Assembly: GCF_943912825.1 (NCBI RefSeq)
Contig: NZ_CALTUX010000004.1
Coordinates: 2,476 to 66,475 of the forward strand
DNA: 64,000 bases
From: an uncultured Anaerococcus sp.
Lineage (GTDB): Bacteria > Bacillota > Clostridia > Tissierellales > Peptoniphilaceae
Reading direction: 5' to 3'
Shown here: positions 1 to 10,166 of the stretch, piece by piece
How positions within the stretch are numbered: the first letter of the stretch is position 1
How the letters are laid out: every line of letters begins with the position of its first letter
Position numbers and translations under genes: made by a program
Notes under the pieces: generated by a model
Seen by the model: the letters and a program-made list of their open reading frames with translations, nothing else
Databases searched by the model: none
What the model was told of the DNA's origin: nothing

Positions 1-540
1 CTCCTTGCCCAGGGAGCAGAAATCGACTCCTTTGGTATTGGTGAAAGGCTAATTACAGCCAAATCTGACCCGGTTTTTGGCGGCGTTTATAAGCTTGTTG
101 CTATGGAAAAGGATAGGGACCTTAAGGCTAAGATTAAGGTTTCAGAAAATGTTGAAAAAATCACGACACCTGGCTTTAAAAAGGTCTACAGGCTCTATGA
201 CAAGAAAACTGGCAAAGCCGAGGCTGATTATATAGCCCTTGCCCATGAAGAAGTCGACGATTCTAAGCCTCTTGTAATCTTTGACCCACTCTTTACCTGG
301 AAGATGAAGAAGATGAAGGACTTTAGGGCTAGAGAGATGCAGGTTCAAATCTTTGAAAATGGTAAGCTTGTCTACGATGAGCCAAGCCTAGAAGAAATCG
401 CAGAGTACAGGAAAGAAGAAGTGGCAAGCCTTTGGGATGAGGTGAAAAGGTATGATAGCCCACACAATTACTATGTGGACCTTTCCCAAGACTTGTGGAA
501 TTTAAAGCAAAAACTGATTTTAGAAGCAAAATCTAAATAA
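1..540 (+). CDS. pncB: nicotinate phosphoribosyltransferase, C-terminal part (gene continues upstream of the window)
   Basis: The frame is open from base 1 (LLAQGAEIDSFGIGERLITAKSDPVFGGVYKLVAMEKD...). The C-terminal region IKVSENVEKITTPGFKKVYRLY...WDEVKRYDSPHNYYVDLSQDLW is typical of NAPRT. Confidence 0.85.
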   Translation, partial: LLAQGAEIDSFGIGERLITAKSDPVFGGVYKLVAMEKDRDLKAKIKVSENVEKITTPGFKKVYRLYDKKTGKAEADYIALAHEEVDDSKPLVIFDPLFTWKMKKMKDFRAREMQVQIFENGKLVYDEPSLEEIAEYRKEEVASLWDEVKRYDSPHNYYVDLSQDLWNLKQKLILEAKSK

Positions 541-649
541 GAACCCAAAAACAGGCTACAGACAAATTTATGTATTATTAATATCAGCCTTGTTTATGGG
601 ATTCTTCCTCACTTCGCTCGTCAGAATGACCTGAGAAGATGACCTTATA

Positions 650-699
650 AAAAAATTAAGCTCCAAGCTGGATATTTTCCTGGCTTGGAGCTTTTTTTA
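650..699. terminator. bidirectional rho-independent terminator between pncB and the ROK kinase gene
   Basis: A stem aagctccaagc (658-668) pairs with gcttggagctt (683-693). It is followed by a T-run at 692-699 and preceded by an A-run at 650-656. Confidence 0.7.
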
Positions 700-700
700 T

Positions 701-1564
701 CTATTCATCTTTTAGGGCATCCTTGGCTAGGACATAGCCTCCAATTAGGCCTGCTTCATTTCCTAGTTCTGGGAAGACTATATATTCGTCTGGATCTGGG
801 ATATTTATATAGTGGTTGTCAAGTTTTTTAAATTCTCTTCTGATTTTTTCAATCATACCTTCCTTATTTACAACACCGCCGCCGATTATTATGATGTGTG
901 GTCTTAGGATCATGGTGTAGGTCATAAGGCCCTTGGCTATATATCTGGCGAGGATGACAAAGGCTGGGTCGTCTTTATCAAGATTTTCTCCCCTGACCCC
1001 TGTCCTTAGCTCAAGAGCTGGACCAGCGCAAAGACCTTCAAAGCAAGACTCGTGGAAATCACACTTGCCCTTTACAGTATCGCCTTCTTCTCTGGCAAGC
1101 TCTATATGGCCCATTTCTGGATGGGAAAAGCCCTCAAGTAGGACCCCATCTTGGATATAAGAGCCTCCAACCCCTGTACCTATGGTTAGGTAGAGGGAAG
1201 AACGCTTATCCTTAGCTGCCCCATACTTGTATTCACCAATTCCGCTTGCTCCAACATCAGTTGTAAAGCCTATTGGTAGGTCAAGTTCTTTTTTGATTGA
1301 ACCTAAAAGGTCAAAATTTCTCCAAAGCTTTTTTGGAGTCTCTAGGACAAAGCCGTAGGTCTTAGATTCCTTGTCCACATCAATTGGCCCAAAGGCTCCA
1401 ATTCCAATGCTTTCTACAGGATTAGCCTTTAGAAAATCGACCACATCCTTCATATTTTCCTTAGGATCAGATGTTTCAATCCTAATTTCCTTGATTATAT
1501 TGCCTAATTCATCTAAAACTGCACACCTAATCTTGGTGCCGCCTAATTCAATTGACCCGTACAT
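701..1564 (-). CDS. ROK-family sugar kinase (fructokinase/mannokinase-like)
   Basis: N-terminal ELGGTK ATP-binding motif and ROK zinc motif GKCDFHESCFEGLCAG. 287 aa. Confidence 0.8.
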   Translation of the reverse strand: MYGSIELGGTKIRCAVLDELGNIIKEIRIETSDPKENMKDVVDFLKANPVESIGIGAFGPIDVDKESKTYGFVLETPKKLWRNFDLLGSIKKELDLPIGFTTDVGASGIGEYKYGAAKDKRSSLYLTIGTGVGGSYIQDGVLLEGFSHPEMGHIELAREEGDTVKGKCDFHESCFEGLCAGPALELRTGVRGENLDKDDPAFVILARYIAKGLMTYTMILRPHIIIIGGGVVNKEGMIEKIRREFKKLDNHYINIPDPDEYIVFPELGNEAGLIGGYVLAKDALKDE

Positions 1565-1643
1565 ACTTACTCCTTTTTGCTTTCTTACTTATATTATAAG
1601 CTATTTTGGGAAAAATTGGAAATCGCTTTTTTAAATTTCTCTC

Positions 1644-3017
1644 TTAAAAACCCTTATCTTCGCTTAGTTTCTTAAACCAGGCTCCAGATTTTTTGATAAT
1701 CCTCTTACCTGTATCAAGCTGGTATTCTACAAGGCCGTACCTATTTTTGTAGGAATTTAGCCAGGACCAGCAATCAATAAAGGTCCAAAGCTGGTAGCCC
1801 TTGCAATTTGCCCCCTCATCCATGGCTTTTTTGAGGTAGGTGAGGTGTTCTTTGATAAAGTCAATCCTATAATCATCCTCTATCCTGCCATCTTTTCTGA
1901 ACCTTTCCTCATCTTCGACTCCCATGCCATTTTCAGAAATGAACCAATCGATATTTTTGTAATTGTCCCTGATATTGATAGCAATATCATAAATGGCCTG
2001 AGGATAGATTTCCCAACCCCTGTAAGGATTCATGCGCTTGCCTGGCATGTCGTATGGCAGATAGTACTTAGTAGGCATAAAAATGGCATCATCCTTGTAG
2101 GTGTAAGGATTTTCCATAACTCTAAGGGGTTGGTAATAATTAACTCCTAAGAGGTCTACGGTGTTAGCTTTAATTATTTCAAGCTCTTCTGCTGTGAAAT
2201 CTGGCATGAGGCCTTCTTTTTTGATTATATCGATCAAGTCTTTTGGGTAAGTCCCGAGAACTGATGGGTCTAGGAAGGACTTTTGGGCAAAAAGATCTGC
2301 AATCCTTGCAGCTTCCAGGTCATTTTTGTTCTGGCTTCTCGGATAGGCTGGAGTTAGGTTTAGGATTATGCCGATTTTCTTATTTGGGTCAATCTCTCTT
2401 AGGGCCCTTATGGCCTTGGCTGATGCCAGCTGGGTGTTGTAGGCAACTTGGACTGCCTTTTTGGGATCTACCTCGCATGGGTAATGATATTGATAAAGGT
2501 AGCCACACTCTACATGGACGATTGGCTCGTTGAAGGTAAAAAAGCAATCCACATATTCTCCAAAAAGCTTAAAACAAGTTCTTGCATAATCTAGGTATTT
2601 TTCTACGACCTCTTTATTGGCCCAACCACCAATTTCCTGAAGGTACATTGGCATATCAAAGTGGAAAAGATTTATGAAAAGCTTGATCTTTTTATCCTTG
2701 ATGGCCTTAAAATATGACTTGTAAAAGTCGACTGCTTTTGGATTGACCTTGCCATCCATGGCTGGAATTAGCCTTGACCAAGAGATGGATGTCCTAAAGG
2801 AATTGTGACCAGTTTTAGCCAAAAGCTCGATATTTTCCTTATAATCATAGTAGAAATTGGAGGTCTTTTCTGGTCCTATCAAGTCGTGGAACTTGTAAGG
2901 GTCTTCTTTGTACCAATAATCCCAGATATTATCGGTCTTGCCATCGGTATTTCCCCCTTCTGTTTGGGTGGCTGAGGTTGCAGATCCGAATAGAAAGTCT
3001 TCAGGAAATTTTATCAT
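1644..3017 (-). CDS. glycoside hydrolase family 1 (beta-glycosidase / 6-phospho-beta-glycosidase)
   Basis: FPEDFLFGSATSATQTEGG N-terminus, TFNEP acid/base motif and ISENG nucleophile motif. 457 aa. Confidence 0.85.
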   Translation of the reverse strand: MIKFPEDFLFGSATSATQTEGGNTDGKTDNIWDYWYKEDPYKFHDLIGPEKTSNFYYDYKENIELLAKTGHNSFRTSISWSRLIPAMDGKVNPKAVDFYKSYFKAIKDKKIKLFINLFHFDMPMYLQEIGGWANKEVVEKYLDYARTCFKLFGEYVDCFFTFNEPIVHVECGYLYQYHYPCEVDPKKAVQVAYNTQLASAKAIRALREIDPNKKIGIILNLTPAYPRSQNKNDLEAARIADLFAQKSFLDPSVLGTYPKDLIDIIKKEGLMPDFTAEELEIIKANTVDLLGVNYYQPLRVMENPYTYKDDAIFMPTKYYLPYDMPGKRMNPYRGWEIYPQAIYDIAINIRDNYKNIDWFISENGMGVEDEERFRKDGRIEDDYRIDFIKEHLTYLKKAMDEGANCKGYQLWTFIDCWSWLNSYKNRYGLVEYQLDTGKRIIKKSGAWFKKLSEDKGF

Positions 3018-3883
3018 ATCTTCTCCCTTTCTTCTCTTAATTTGATGTTGGCATAGGCCCCGTAGAGGTTGTTGTCATTAAAAAATGACACCGGCCTTAT
3101 ATTTAGGCTTACTCCAGCAAATATCTCATCTTTTAGCTTTTCTTTTAGGGCCTTCATAAAGTTTTCATCTTCAGAAATCGCTCCGCCTATATAGATGATT
3201 TCTGGATTTATGGAGTAGGCGATATTGTATAGGCCCATGGCAAGATAGGTGAACATCTTGTCAACCTCGCTATAGCAAGGCTCTTGTTTTTTGAGGTAGT
3301 TTTCAAAAATCGTGTAGGTATCAAGGTCAAGCTCATATTTTTCCTTGATGGCTCTTGCCACATTTGGCAGAGTCCCTAGGGTGGAGAGGTTTTTGATCTT
3401 GCCATAATCGTTAAAGAGCATATAACCAAATTCTCCACTTTCTAGGCTAAGGCCCCTTAGGATTTCCTTATCTTTCACCACAGCCCCACCTATGCCAGAA
3501 CCTATAATAACAAAGCAAACCAGGCTTTCTTCAATCTCTTTATAATAAATTTCCCCAAGAGCTGCGCAGTTGGCATCATTTTCTATGGCTACTGGAATTT
3601 TAAATCTCTCTTCTATATGTCTTGCAAAATTTCTCTCACCCAAGTATCCTAAGGCTGTAAGGCCAGCTACCTGAAAGCTTTCGCTATCAACTGTCCCTGG
3701 AGATGAAAAGCCAATTGCCTCTATGTCATATTCTGCCACAAAGCTTTGGACTGTATCTTCAAGAAATTTGATAAATTCATCCATGGTCGGAAGGCTTTTG
3801 GCAGACGCTTTTTTTATTATTTTTTCATTTTCAATTAGTGCATACTTGGTGGATGACCCACCTATATCAAATACTAAATACAT
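3014..3883 (-). CDS. ROK/BadF-type sugar kinase (no Cys zinc motif; possibly an N-acetylglucosamine or hexose kinase)
   Basis: N-terminal FDIGGSSTKYAL actin-fold ATPase motif. 4-bp ATGA overlap with the upstream GH1 gene. Confidence 0.65.
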   Translation of the reverse strand: MYLVFDIGGSSTKYALIENEKIIKKASAKSLPTMDEFIKFLEDTVQSFVAEYDIEAIGFSSPGTVDSESFQVAGLTALGYLGERNFARHIEERFKIPVAIENDANCAALGEIYYKEIEESLVCFVIIGSGIGGAVVKDKEILRGLSLESGEFGYMLFNDYGKIKNLSTLGTLPNVARAIKEKYELDLDTYTIFENYLKKQEPCYSEVDKMFTYLAMGLYNIAYSINPEIIYIGGAISEDENFMKALKEKLKDEIFAGVSLNIRPVSFFNDNNLYGAYANIKLREEREKI

Positions 3884-3923
3884 AATTCCCTTCTTATGTT
3901 ATAATTATCTTAGGAGTGATTAG

Positions 3924-4655
3924 ATGACAAATACTACTTATAATTTCATTATGGATATCATAAGCTCAAAATCTATCAAACTTTCTAAGTCTGAGAGGAT
4001 AATTGTCGAGAAAATCAAGGATATGGACCTTGACCTAAATAAGCTTCATATAAATGAATTTGCAAAGCTTTTAGACCTTTCAAACTCAACCATAACCCGC
4101 TTTGCCCAAAAGCTGGGCTTTGATGGATATTCTGAGCTTAAATTTAATATTTCTCAAAAACCGACTAGGTCCAAGTCCCTAAGCCAGGAAATCTACAAAA
4201 ATTTTATAGATTCCTGCAAGGCCTTTGATGATAAAACTATTGATTTTATCAAAAACCTTGCAAACTTTGGCAAGATTGCCGTAATTGGAATCGGTTCTTC
4301 TGGTCTTTGCGCCAATGAATTTGTCTACAAATTTGGCGAAATAGGCCTTGATAATACCGACTATGCCAAGGAGCCATATTCTATAAATCTCCTTAGCAAG
4401 GGGCTTTCGGCATCTGACCTTTTGATTGCAATTTCCCTTTCTGGAGAAAACCACAACCTCCTTGAAGGAGTGGACAATGCAAAGACTAATAAGGCCAAGA
4501 TCCTTGCCATCACAGGAGATGGGGAGTCAACCCTTGCCAAAGAAGCTTCCCTTGCTATCATCCTTCCACCCTATCCGAAATATTCCTACAAGATTTCAAA
4601 AATATTTCCTGTAACCTTTATGCTGGATATGATTTGTGAGGCCTATCTTAGCTAG
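3924..4655 (+). CDS. MurR/RpiR-family transcriptional regulator (HTH plus SIS sugar-phosphate-binding domain)
   Basis: HTH_6 segment FAKLLDLSNSTITRFAQKLGFDGYSELKF followed by a SIS domain (IAVIGIGSSG...). Divergent from the ROK gene. Confidence 0.85.
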   Translation: MTNTTYNFIMDIISSKSIKLSKSERIIVEKIKDMDLDLNKLHINEFAKLLDLSNSTITRFAQKLGFDGYSELKFNISQKPTRSKSLSQEIYKNFIDSCKAFDDKTIDFIKNLANFGKIAVIGIGSSGLCANEFVYKFGEIGLDNTDYAKEPYSINLLSKGLSASDLLIAISLSGENHNLLEGVDNAKTNKAKILAITGDGESTLAKEASLAIILPPYPKYSYKISKIFPVTFMLDMICEAYLS

Positions 4656-5931
4656 CCTTTATCATTTCTATGCCTAAGTAGCTTAGGACAGCCTCTACAA
4701 AAATCGAATTAGACCAGGAAAACCAATCTCTGGTATATTTTTCTGGATTATCCTTATCAAAACCCTCGTGACACAAATAGGTGCCTGCGTGGGTTTTTTC
4801 AAAATATCCAAGAATTTCCTCCTGCTCTTTTTTATCAGTAGCCGTCATAAGCTGCATGGAAAGAGCCAAGTGCCAGATATAATTTTCTGGAGTATGGTTT
4901 GAGCCAATCCCCTTGGCAGCCTTTCCTTTATAGTAATTTTCATTTTTTTCTGAAAGGATAAAGGCCCTAGTAGCTTGATAAATTGGGTCATCTTTTTCAA
5001 CATAACCCAGGTAAGGAAGGGATAAAAGGCTTGGGATATTGGCATCATCCATGAGATTATATGAACCCAGCCCGTCTGTCTCGTAGGCATAAATCTTTCC
5101 AAAATCATCATCCTCTACTATGCCATATTTTTTTATCCCGCAATCAATCTCATCTGCTAATTTTTTCATCTTTGCTGATAAATCATTTGCCAAATCCTCC
5201 TGATCTAAGCAAGCCGCTAGCCTTCTTAGGGCTACCAGGCAAAAGGCATTGGCTGGAATTAAATATTGGTAGATGCAGGAATCATCGCTTGGCCTAAAGC
5301 CTGTCCAGGACATACCGGTATATCCAACATCTCCTCCCCTAGGCCCTCCCCTTAGCGAATCGCTAGGGGCCCATGGGTCTGGCCTTTCGAAGATGTAGGG
5401 AGAATTTTCGTGCTTTTGCTCTAATTTTATAAGGTCTACCATATCATTCAAAACTCTTAAAAAGTCTTCGTCAAAAATAGTCCCGTCCTTGGTCTTTTCA
5501 TAATAAAGATAGGCTAGTTCCATCACATAGCAAAGGGAGTCTAGCTCGTATTTTCTCTCCCAAACCCAAGGTGATTCAAAATCTGTGATATCCTTATCAG
5601 TCCAACACCTGCCATTAGCCTCAATATTAAAGGCATTAGCATAAAGATCCTTATCTAGAGAAAATATCTGTCTGGCTAGGACTTTTTTTATAAGATCGTT
5701 GGCTTCATCACTATCTATATAAAAAAGCGGTCTAATCTGTCCAGATGAGTCCCTAAGCCACATGGCCTCTATATCCCCAGTGATTACAAAGGCATCGCCC
5801 CTATCAGTTTCTTTTATGGTGGTGGTGAAGGTGTTGTTAATGGCTTTTTTAAAAATCTTTTTAATGTCATCGCTTATTTGGTCAGATTTTTCAACTCTTT
5901 CCACCAAGTCTCTTACAATTTCTTTCATCAA
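4648..5931 (-). CDS. glycoside hydrolase family 125 (exo-alpha-1,6-mannosidase-like, DUF1237)
   Basis: 427 aa cytoplasmic protein with a WLRDSSGQ motif. Translationally coupled downstream of the GH38 gene, as in streptococcal N-glycan loci. Confidence 0.7.
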   Translation of the reverse strand: MMKEIVRDLVERVEKSDQISDDIKKIFKKAINNTFTTTIKETDRGDAFVITGDIEAMWLRDSSGQIRPLFYIDSDEANDLIKKVLARQIFSLDKDLYANAFNIEANGRCWTDKDITDFESPWVWERKYELDSLCYVMELAYLYYEKTKDGTIFDEDFLRVLNDMVDLIKLEQKHENSPYIFERPDPWAPSDSLRGGPRGGDVGYTGMSWTGFRPSDDSCIYQYLIPANAFCLVALRRLAACLDQEDLANDLSAKMKKLADEIDCGIKKYGIVEDDDFGKIYAYETDGLGSYNLMDDANIPSLLSLPYLGYVEKDDPIYQATRAFILSEKNENYYKGKAAKGIGSNHTPENYIWHLALSMQLMTATDKKEQEEILGYFEKTHAGTYLCHEGFDKDNPEKYTRDWFSWSNSIFVEAVLSYLGIEMIKAS

Positions 5932-8549
5932 AGCTCCAATCTATATGTTTTAATCTCAAAGCCTGGCAAGTTTTTATCAATTTCATCCTTTATTTTTCTC
6001 TCACCTAAGATATCATATTCAACTGCCTTAAGATCAATCTTTTTGGCTGATTTTCCTGGATTATAGACTCTTAGGATTGGTTCGTTTTTGTCATTCCTAA
6101 AAAGAGTTGAAAAAATATTGTCACCCAGGTCGATTTTAGGAAGATTTAAATCTTTCTCTTCGATATCATTTTTATCTAGGCCAAGAGATATAAAATCTAC
6201 TCTGGCTTGTAAGATATCTTGCCTATTTTTATCAAAATCATTTGCAAAGCTTGCAAAATAAAATTCAAAGGTCATTTCAGATAAGTCATCTTTTATAAGC
6301 TGGGCATCAGGTGTTGGGAAATATCCCCAATCTCCAAGCTCGCCCACTGACCTAAAGAGGGTCATATAAAGGCCCTCGCCTTTTATCATCTCATATTCGG
6401 CAGGACCGATGGCAGATACTCCAAAGCCCTTTTTATCATTATCCATAACCTGGACATAGCGGTTGAAATTTTGGGAAAAGTCTGGGTTTTTCCATGTTTG
6501 TGGAGGATAGGCATCTCTTTCTACACATTCAAAAATGGATTCTGCATAGACCTTGTCTGTTTCAAGATTATGACCAAAGAGGAGGCGCATCCTGTGGTCT
6601 TTGGCCAAGTTTTTAAGGCTGATTTTTATCTTAAGAGGGATATTTTTATCATATAGGATGATTTCCTTATCGATGGCCATCTCTATTAAGTCACTTGACC
6701 TATTAGCCCTTCTCTGGGTGATATCGTTAAGTCTTATCTGCTCAGCTAATAGCTTATCTTCTGCTGATTTTGGAAGCTTAAAGCTTTCCCTTATCCTAAT
6801 TATGGTCTTGTCATTTTCCCTTATGATTTTTTGACCTATTAGTTTGCCGCCAAGAATCCTTGTCCCATCTGTCGATTGTCTGTAGATATATTCATTGCCA
6901 ATATCGCCTGTATCTTCGATTGCTAGGACGTTTTTAAAGCTAAGTACAGAGTTTTTATCAAATATATCAAGGCTGGCATTATCATTTATACTTAGCTTGT
7001 AAAAGTCATTTTCGATTTGTTTTTCATTTATTTCACAAGATGCAAAGGAAGATTGACCTGTAACTAGACTTAAGATTTTTTTCTCAAAGGCTCCCAATTC
7101 TAAGGAAAATCTAACCCTGACCTTATTTGCAAAATATGGCTTTCTAAACTTATCATCTGGCAAAATATAGGCAAAACCTGTGCCTAAGTAGGTGATTTCT
7201 GCTGGGATTTCTTTCCCCTCCTCATCTACTAATTTCAAAGCTGGGGCGGATTTCCCCGCAAGTTCATCATAAACATCCGGATAATCTATACCGAAAAATT
7301 TCCTGTCTATTTCAATCTCTGTCACCACTTCCTTAATCCTCCTATAAGGGAGGGTATTTATGATGCAGATAGCATAATCATTGACATTGGCAGTGCTTTC
7401 TCTAATCTTTTTCTTGGCGAAATCTTCTAGGTAATCTAGACCTTCATCCACATTCTTAAAGCGTCTTAGATTGCCATCGTGGACAGAATCTACAGAGCAG
7501 CCGCAAATGCTGTCGTGGGGGTGGTTTTTGATTAATTCTTGGTAGAAATAATCTAGCTTTTGGTGAGGATAGGCATCCCTGTCCACAAAAAGAGTGAATA
7601 GGGGTTGGATAACTTCTTCAAAACGCATCTCCAGGCTCTTGTTGTATTTTTTAAGATAATACCTAGATGATGATGTGGAGTTTAGAGTCCACCAGCCATC
7701 AGTCGCCTGACTTCTAAGCTCTCCTTTGATTGTATCAATCTCTCCCACCTCATTTTCAAGGGCCTTAAAATATAGGTCTAAATTTGAATGAACAAAGTCA
7801 TAATCCTCATAAAGAGCATTGGCCTTTTTTAAGATTTGTCCGATATTTTTCTGGACTGGCGAATGGTCGCAACCGTTCATTAAAAGAAGCTGGTTTGTAG
7901 ATGCGTATTTTTCCATATCGGCTATGCGTTTATCCATGTAGGCCTTAAGGTCTTCCTCATCTTCTGGTATATCTAGGCCATTGGCATACCAATTTGCAAA
8001 AAGCACGCTTAGGGTCTTATCCCCATTTGGGCTCTGCCAATAAATTTCAGAATTTTTTGATGTGAAATCTTCTATAACTACATTGTCAAAGCCAGTCGCC
8101 TTAACTCCCCTGCCAAAATATGCCACGTCTATCCCTGCTTTTTTAAGAATTTGGCTGGCCTGGCCAATATTGCCAAAGGTATCTGGAAAATAGCCAATCA
8201 TTGAAGGAGATCCCCACTTTTTTATATTTTTTATGCCAAGGCTTAGATTTTTAAGGTTAGACTCGCCACTTGTAAGGAAGGCATCTTGGAGGATATACCA
8301 AGGTCCTAGCTTAAGCTTTCCAGCTTCTATCAGATTTTTAATTTTTTCCTTGTTTTGAGGGCGAACCTCAAGATAATCTCCTATAGGAAGATAATGGCCA
8401 TCTAGCCAATAGTATTTAAAATCCGGGTCTTCAAAGGCCTCAAGGACTCCATCCATCAGGTCAATTAGGCGCATATGGTGGTTTTCATAAGGCAGGTACC
8501 ACTCCCTATCCCAATGAGTGTGGCTTACCACGTGGACGGTCTTTTTCAT
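5928..8549 (-). CDS. glycoside hydrolase family 38 alpha-mannosidase
   Basis: N-terminus VHVVSHTHWDREWY (GH38 metal-binding signature). 873 aa. 4-bp overlaps with both neighbours. Confidence 0.85.
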   Translation of the reverse strand: MKKTVHVVSHTHWDREWYLPYENHHMRLIDLMDGVLEAFEDPDFKYYWLDGHYLPIGDYLEVRPQNKEKIKNLIEAGKLKLGPWYILQDAFLTSGESNLKNLSLGIKNIKKWGSPSMIGYFPDTFGNIGQASQILKKAGIDVAYFGRGVKATGFDNVVIEDFTSKNSEIYWQSPNGDKTLSVLFANWYANGLDIPEDEEDLKAYMDKRIADMEKYASTNQLLLMNGCDHSPVQKNIGQILKKANALYEDYDFVHSNLDLYFKALENEVGEIDTIKGELRSQATDGWWTLNSTSSSRYYLKKYNKSLEMRFEEVIQPLFTLFVDRDAYPHQKLDYFYQELIKNHPHDSICGCSVDSVHDGNLRRFKNVDEGLDYLEDFAKKKIRESTANVNDYAICIINTLPYRRIKEVVTEIEIDRKFFGIDYPDVYDELAGKSAPALKLVDEEGKEIPAEITYLGTGFAYILPDDKFRKPYFANKVRVRFSLELGAFEKKILSLVTGQSSFASCEINEKQIENDFYKLSINDNASLDIFDKNSVLSFKNVLAIEDTGDIGNEYIYRQSTDGTRILGGKLIGQKIIRENDKTIIRIRESFKLPKSAEDKLLAEQIRLNDITQRRANRSSDLIEMAIDKEIILYDKNIPLKIKISLKNLAKDHRMRLLFGHNLETDKVYAESIFECVERDAYPPQTWKNPDFSQNFNRYVQVMDNDKKGFGVSAIGPAEYEMIKGEGLYMTLFRSVGELGDWGYFPTPDAQLIKDDLSEMTFEFYFASFANDFDKNRQDILQARVDFISLGLDKNDIEEKDLNLPKIDLGDNIFSTLFRNDKNEPILRVYNPGKSAKKIDLKAVEYDILGERKIKDEIDKNLPGFEIKTYRLEL

Positions 8550-9841
8550 TGGTCATATCCTAGTCTTAGGTCTTCGTAGATTTTTTCAAGGACTCTGGAG
8601 GTCTTTACCTTTCTTTGTTCGACTTCATCTTGGGTAAATTCTGTATAAATTTCTACCTTGCAATCTTCTGTATGCTTATAAAGGTCTTTGGCCTTTTCTA
8701 AATCGCCGTCAAGTAGGGCCTTGACTGCTTTTAATAGATAAGAAAGGGATTTGAAAAATTCCTTTACTTCCTCATATAATTTTTCATTTGTGTAATTTTC
8801 AAAATAAGAGTCGATTGCCCCTAATTTTTTATCTATTAGGGCCTCAAGCCTTTGGTAATCCTTATCCTCATAGGCCCTTGCAATTTCGTAATCTTCATGG
8901 AATTTTCTCTCTGTAAACCTATCATAAACCCCAGACCCAAAGAAGGAATCAGAAATTATAAATAGATCATCAGCTACCTTGCTATCCACATAGGAAAGGG
9001 CTGCCTTAAAGGATTTAAGAGGGTCGTAGGCCTTTGGGTCCTTGGCAAAATCTTCTATTTGGTAGATTGAAATCTTTGATAGCTCTGCCTGGTTCATTGG
9101 ATTTGAGAGGATTGACTTGTAAGATATATACCTGGAGTCAAAAAACTCGAAGATTTCCATAAAGATTTGATCTCTTAGGTAATCATTGACCGGCCAATTA
9201 AACCAGATGTCTGCTTCCTTGCCGTAAAGGTCAATAAATTCATCGTTAGATGCCTTGGTGATTGGAACTACAACATCATAGCCTGTCCACATGATAGATA
9301 AATTATCAAGGCCTCTTAAAAGCTTAAAGTATTCACTACCCTTTTCATCAATCCAAGCTGAATTGTACCAAGGATGGACAAAAAGTAGCTCTTTATTTTC
9401 AAAATTTTCTAGGTGGGCTAATATATCTTTTACAAGCCTTAGGTGGAAGTCTCTTTGATCGTAAGCCAAATCCCTATCTATATCATCCATACAAAGGGCA
9501 AAAGATGTGACGCCTGCCGCATGAAGGCTGTCATATTTGGCAAAAAGCTTTGAAATTTCTGCATCGTAGTCGTCAAATTTTATTAGATTTTGTCCAGGAT
9601 GGATGGCCCAGATAAAGTCCACTGACTTTTCCTTGGCAAGGGAAGCTAGTTTACTAAGCTCAGCTAACTTTTCATCTGGATAGGCTTCTCTCCATTTTAT
9701 ATTGTGGTAAGGGTCATCCTTAGGTGCGTAAATATAGCGATTCATACCTATGTCTGATAGGAATTCTATCATTGATAATCTATCTTCAAAGCTCCAAGGT
9801 ATTCCATAAAATCCTTCTATTACCCCTCTTTTTTCTAACAT
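8546..9841 (-). CDS. glycoside hydrolase family 84 beta-N-acetylglucosaminidase (O-GlcNAcase-like)
   Basis: GVIEGFYGIPWS, YIYAPKDDPYH, WREAYP and FALCMDDIDRD (catalytic DD pair) match the GH84/OGA catalytic domain. The start is placed at ATG 9841 (AGGAG 5 nt upstream) rather than the GTG at 9847. Confidence 0.75.
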   Translation of the reverse strand: MLEKRGVIEGFYGIPWSFEDRLSMIEFLSDIGMNRYIYAPKDDPYHNIKWREAYPDEKLAELSKLASLAKEKSVDFIWAIHPGQNLIKFDDYDAEISKLFAKYDSLHAAGVTSFALCMDDIDRDLAYDQRDFHLRLVKDILAHLENFENKELLFVHPWYNSAWIDEKGSEYFKLLRGLDNLSIMWTGYDVVVPITKASNDEFIDLYGKEADIWFNWPVNDYLRDQIFMEIFEFFDSRYISYKSILSNPMNQAELSKISIYQIEDFAKDPKAYDPLKSFKAALSYVDSKVADDLFIISDSFFGSGVYDRFTERKFHEDYEIARAYEDKDYQRLEALIDKKLGAIDSYFENYTNEKLYEEVKEFFKSLSYLLKAVKALLDGDLEKAKDLYKHTEDCKVEIYTEFTQDEVEQRKVKTSRVLEKIYEDLRLGYDQ

Positions 9842-9868
9842 ATTCACTCCTATTTTAAAATTTTATAT

Positions 9869-9882
9869 TGAAAACATTTTCA
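9869..9882. promoter_or_regulatory. 14-bp palindrome TGAAAACATTTTCA, candidate operator in the GH84-GH38-GH125 promoter region
   Basis: Perfect inverted repeat. The same motif recurs at 10004-10017 and 15546-15559. Confidence 0.45.
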
Positions 9883-10003
9883 TTTATAGCTTGACTAGGC
9901 AAATAATGATTGCTAATAATAAAGTTAAATCACGTTCATGTAATTTGTCACTTGCGTTCAAAATGACGTGTTTCGATTAATTGTCCTCGGTCTTGTTTAA
10001 ATT

Positions 10004-10017
10004 TGAAAATATTTTCA
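10004..10017. promoter_or_regulatory. 14-bp palindrome TGAAAATATTTTCA, second copy in the GH84-operon upstream region
   Basis: Read from the sequence; flanked by the same TT/TTT context as the other copies. Confidence 0.45.
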
Positions 10018-10166
10018 TTTTTCTTTGAAAAGATAAAGGGCTGCTGCCCTCGTGAAGATAACCCCCACATCCAGGGAATATCCCTTAGGCTTAGCCTTTA
10101 GTGGATATTCCTCTAATTGTGTGGATTGCTTATTCACTTAAGCAACTGCCCCTCTAATTTTTCTTA

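Noticed and set aside
142-3923. Numerous 60-120-aa ORFs from the six-frame track lying antisense or out of frame inside pncB, the ROK and GH1 genes (for example 142-348, 329-529, 933-1160, 1371-1634, 1845-2150, 2243-2533, 3723-3923). Similar ORFs occur inside every other large gene in the window.
   Set aside because: They are fully embedded in well-supported genes, lack RBSs, and have low-complexity or proline/serine-rich translations typical of spurious frames. Not reported as CDSs.
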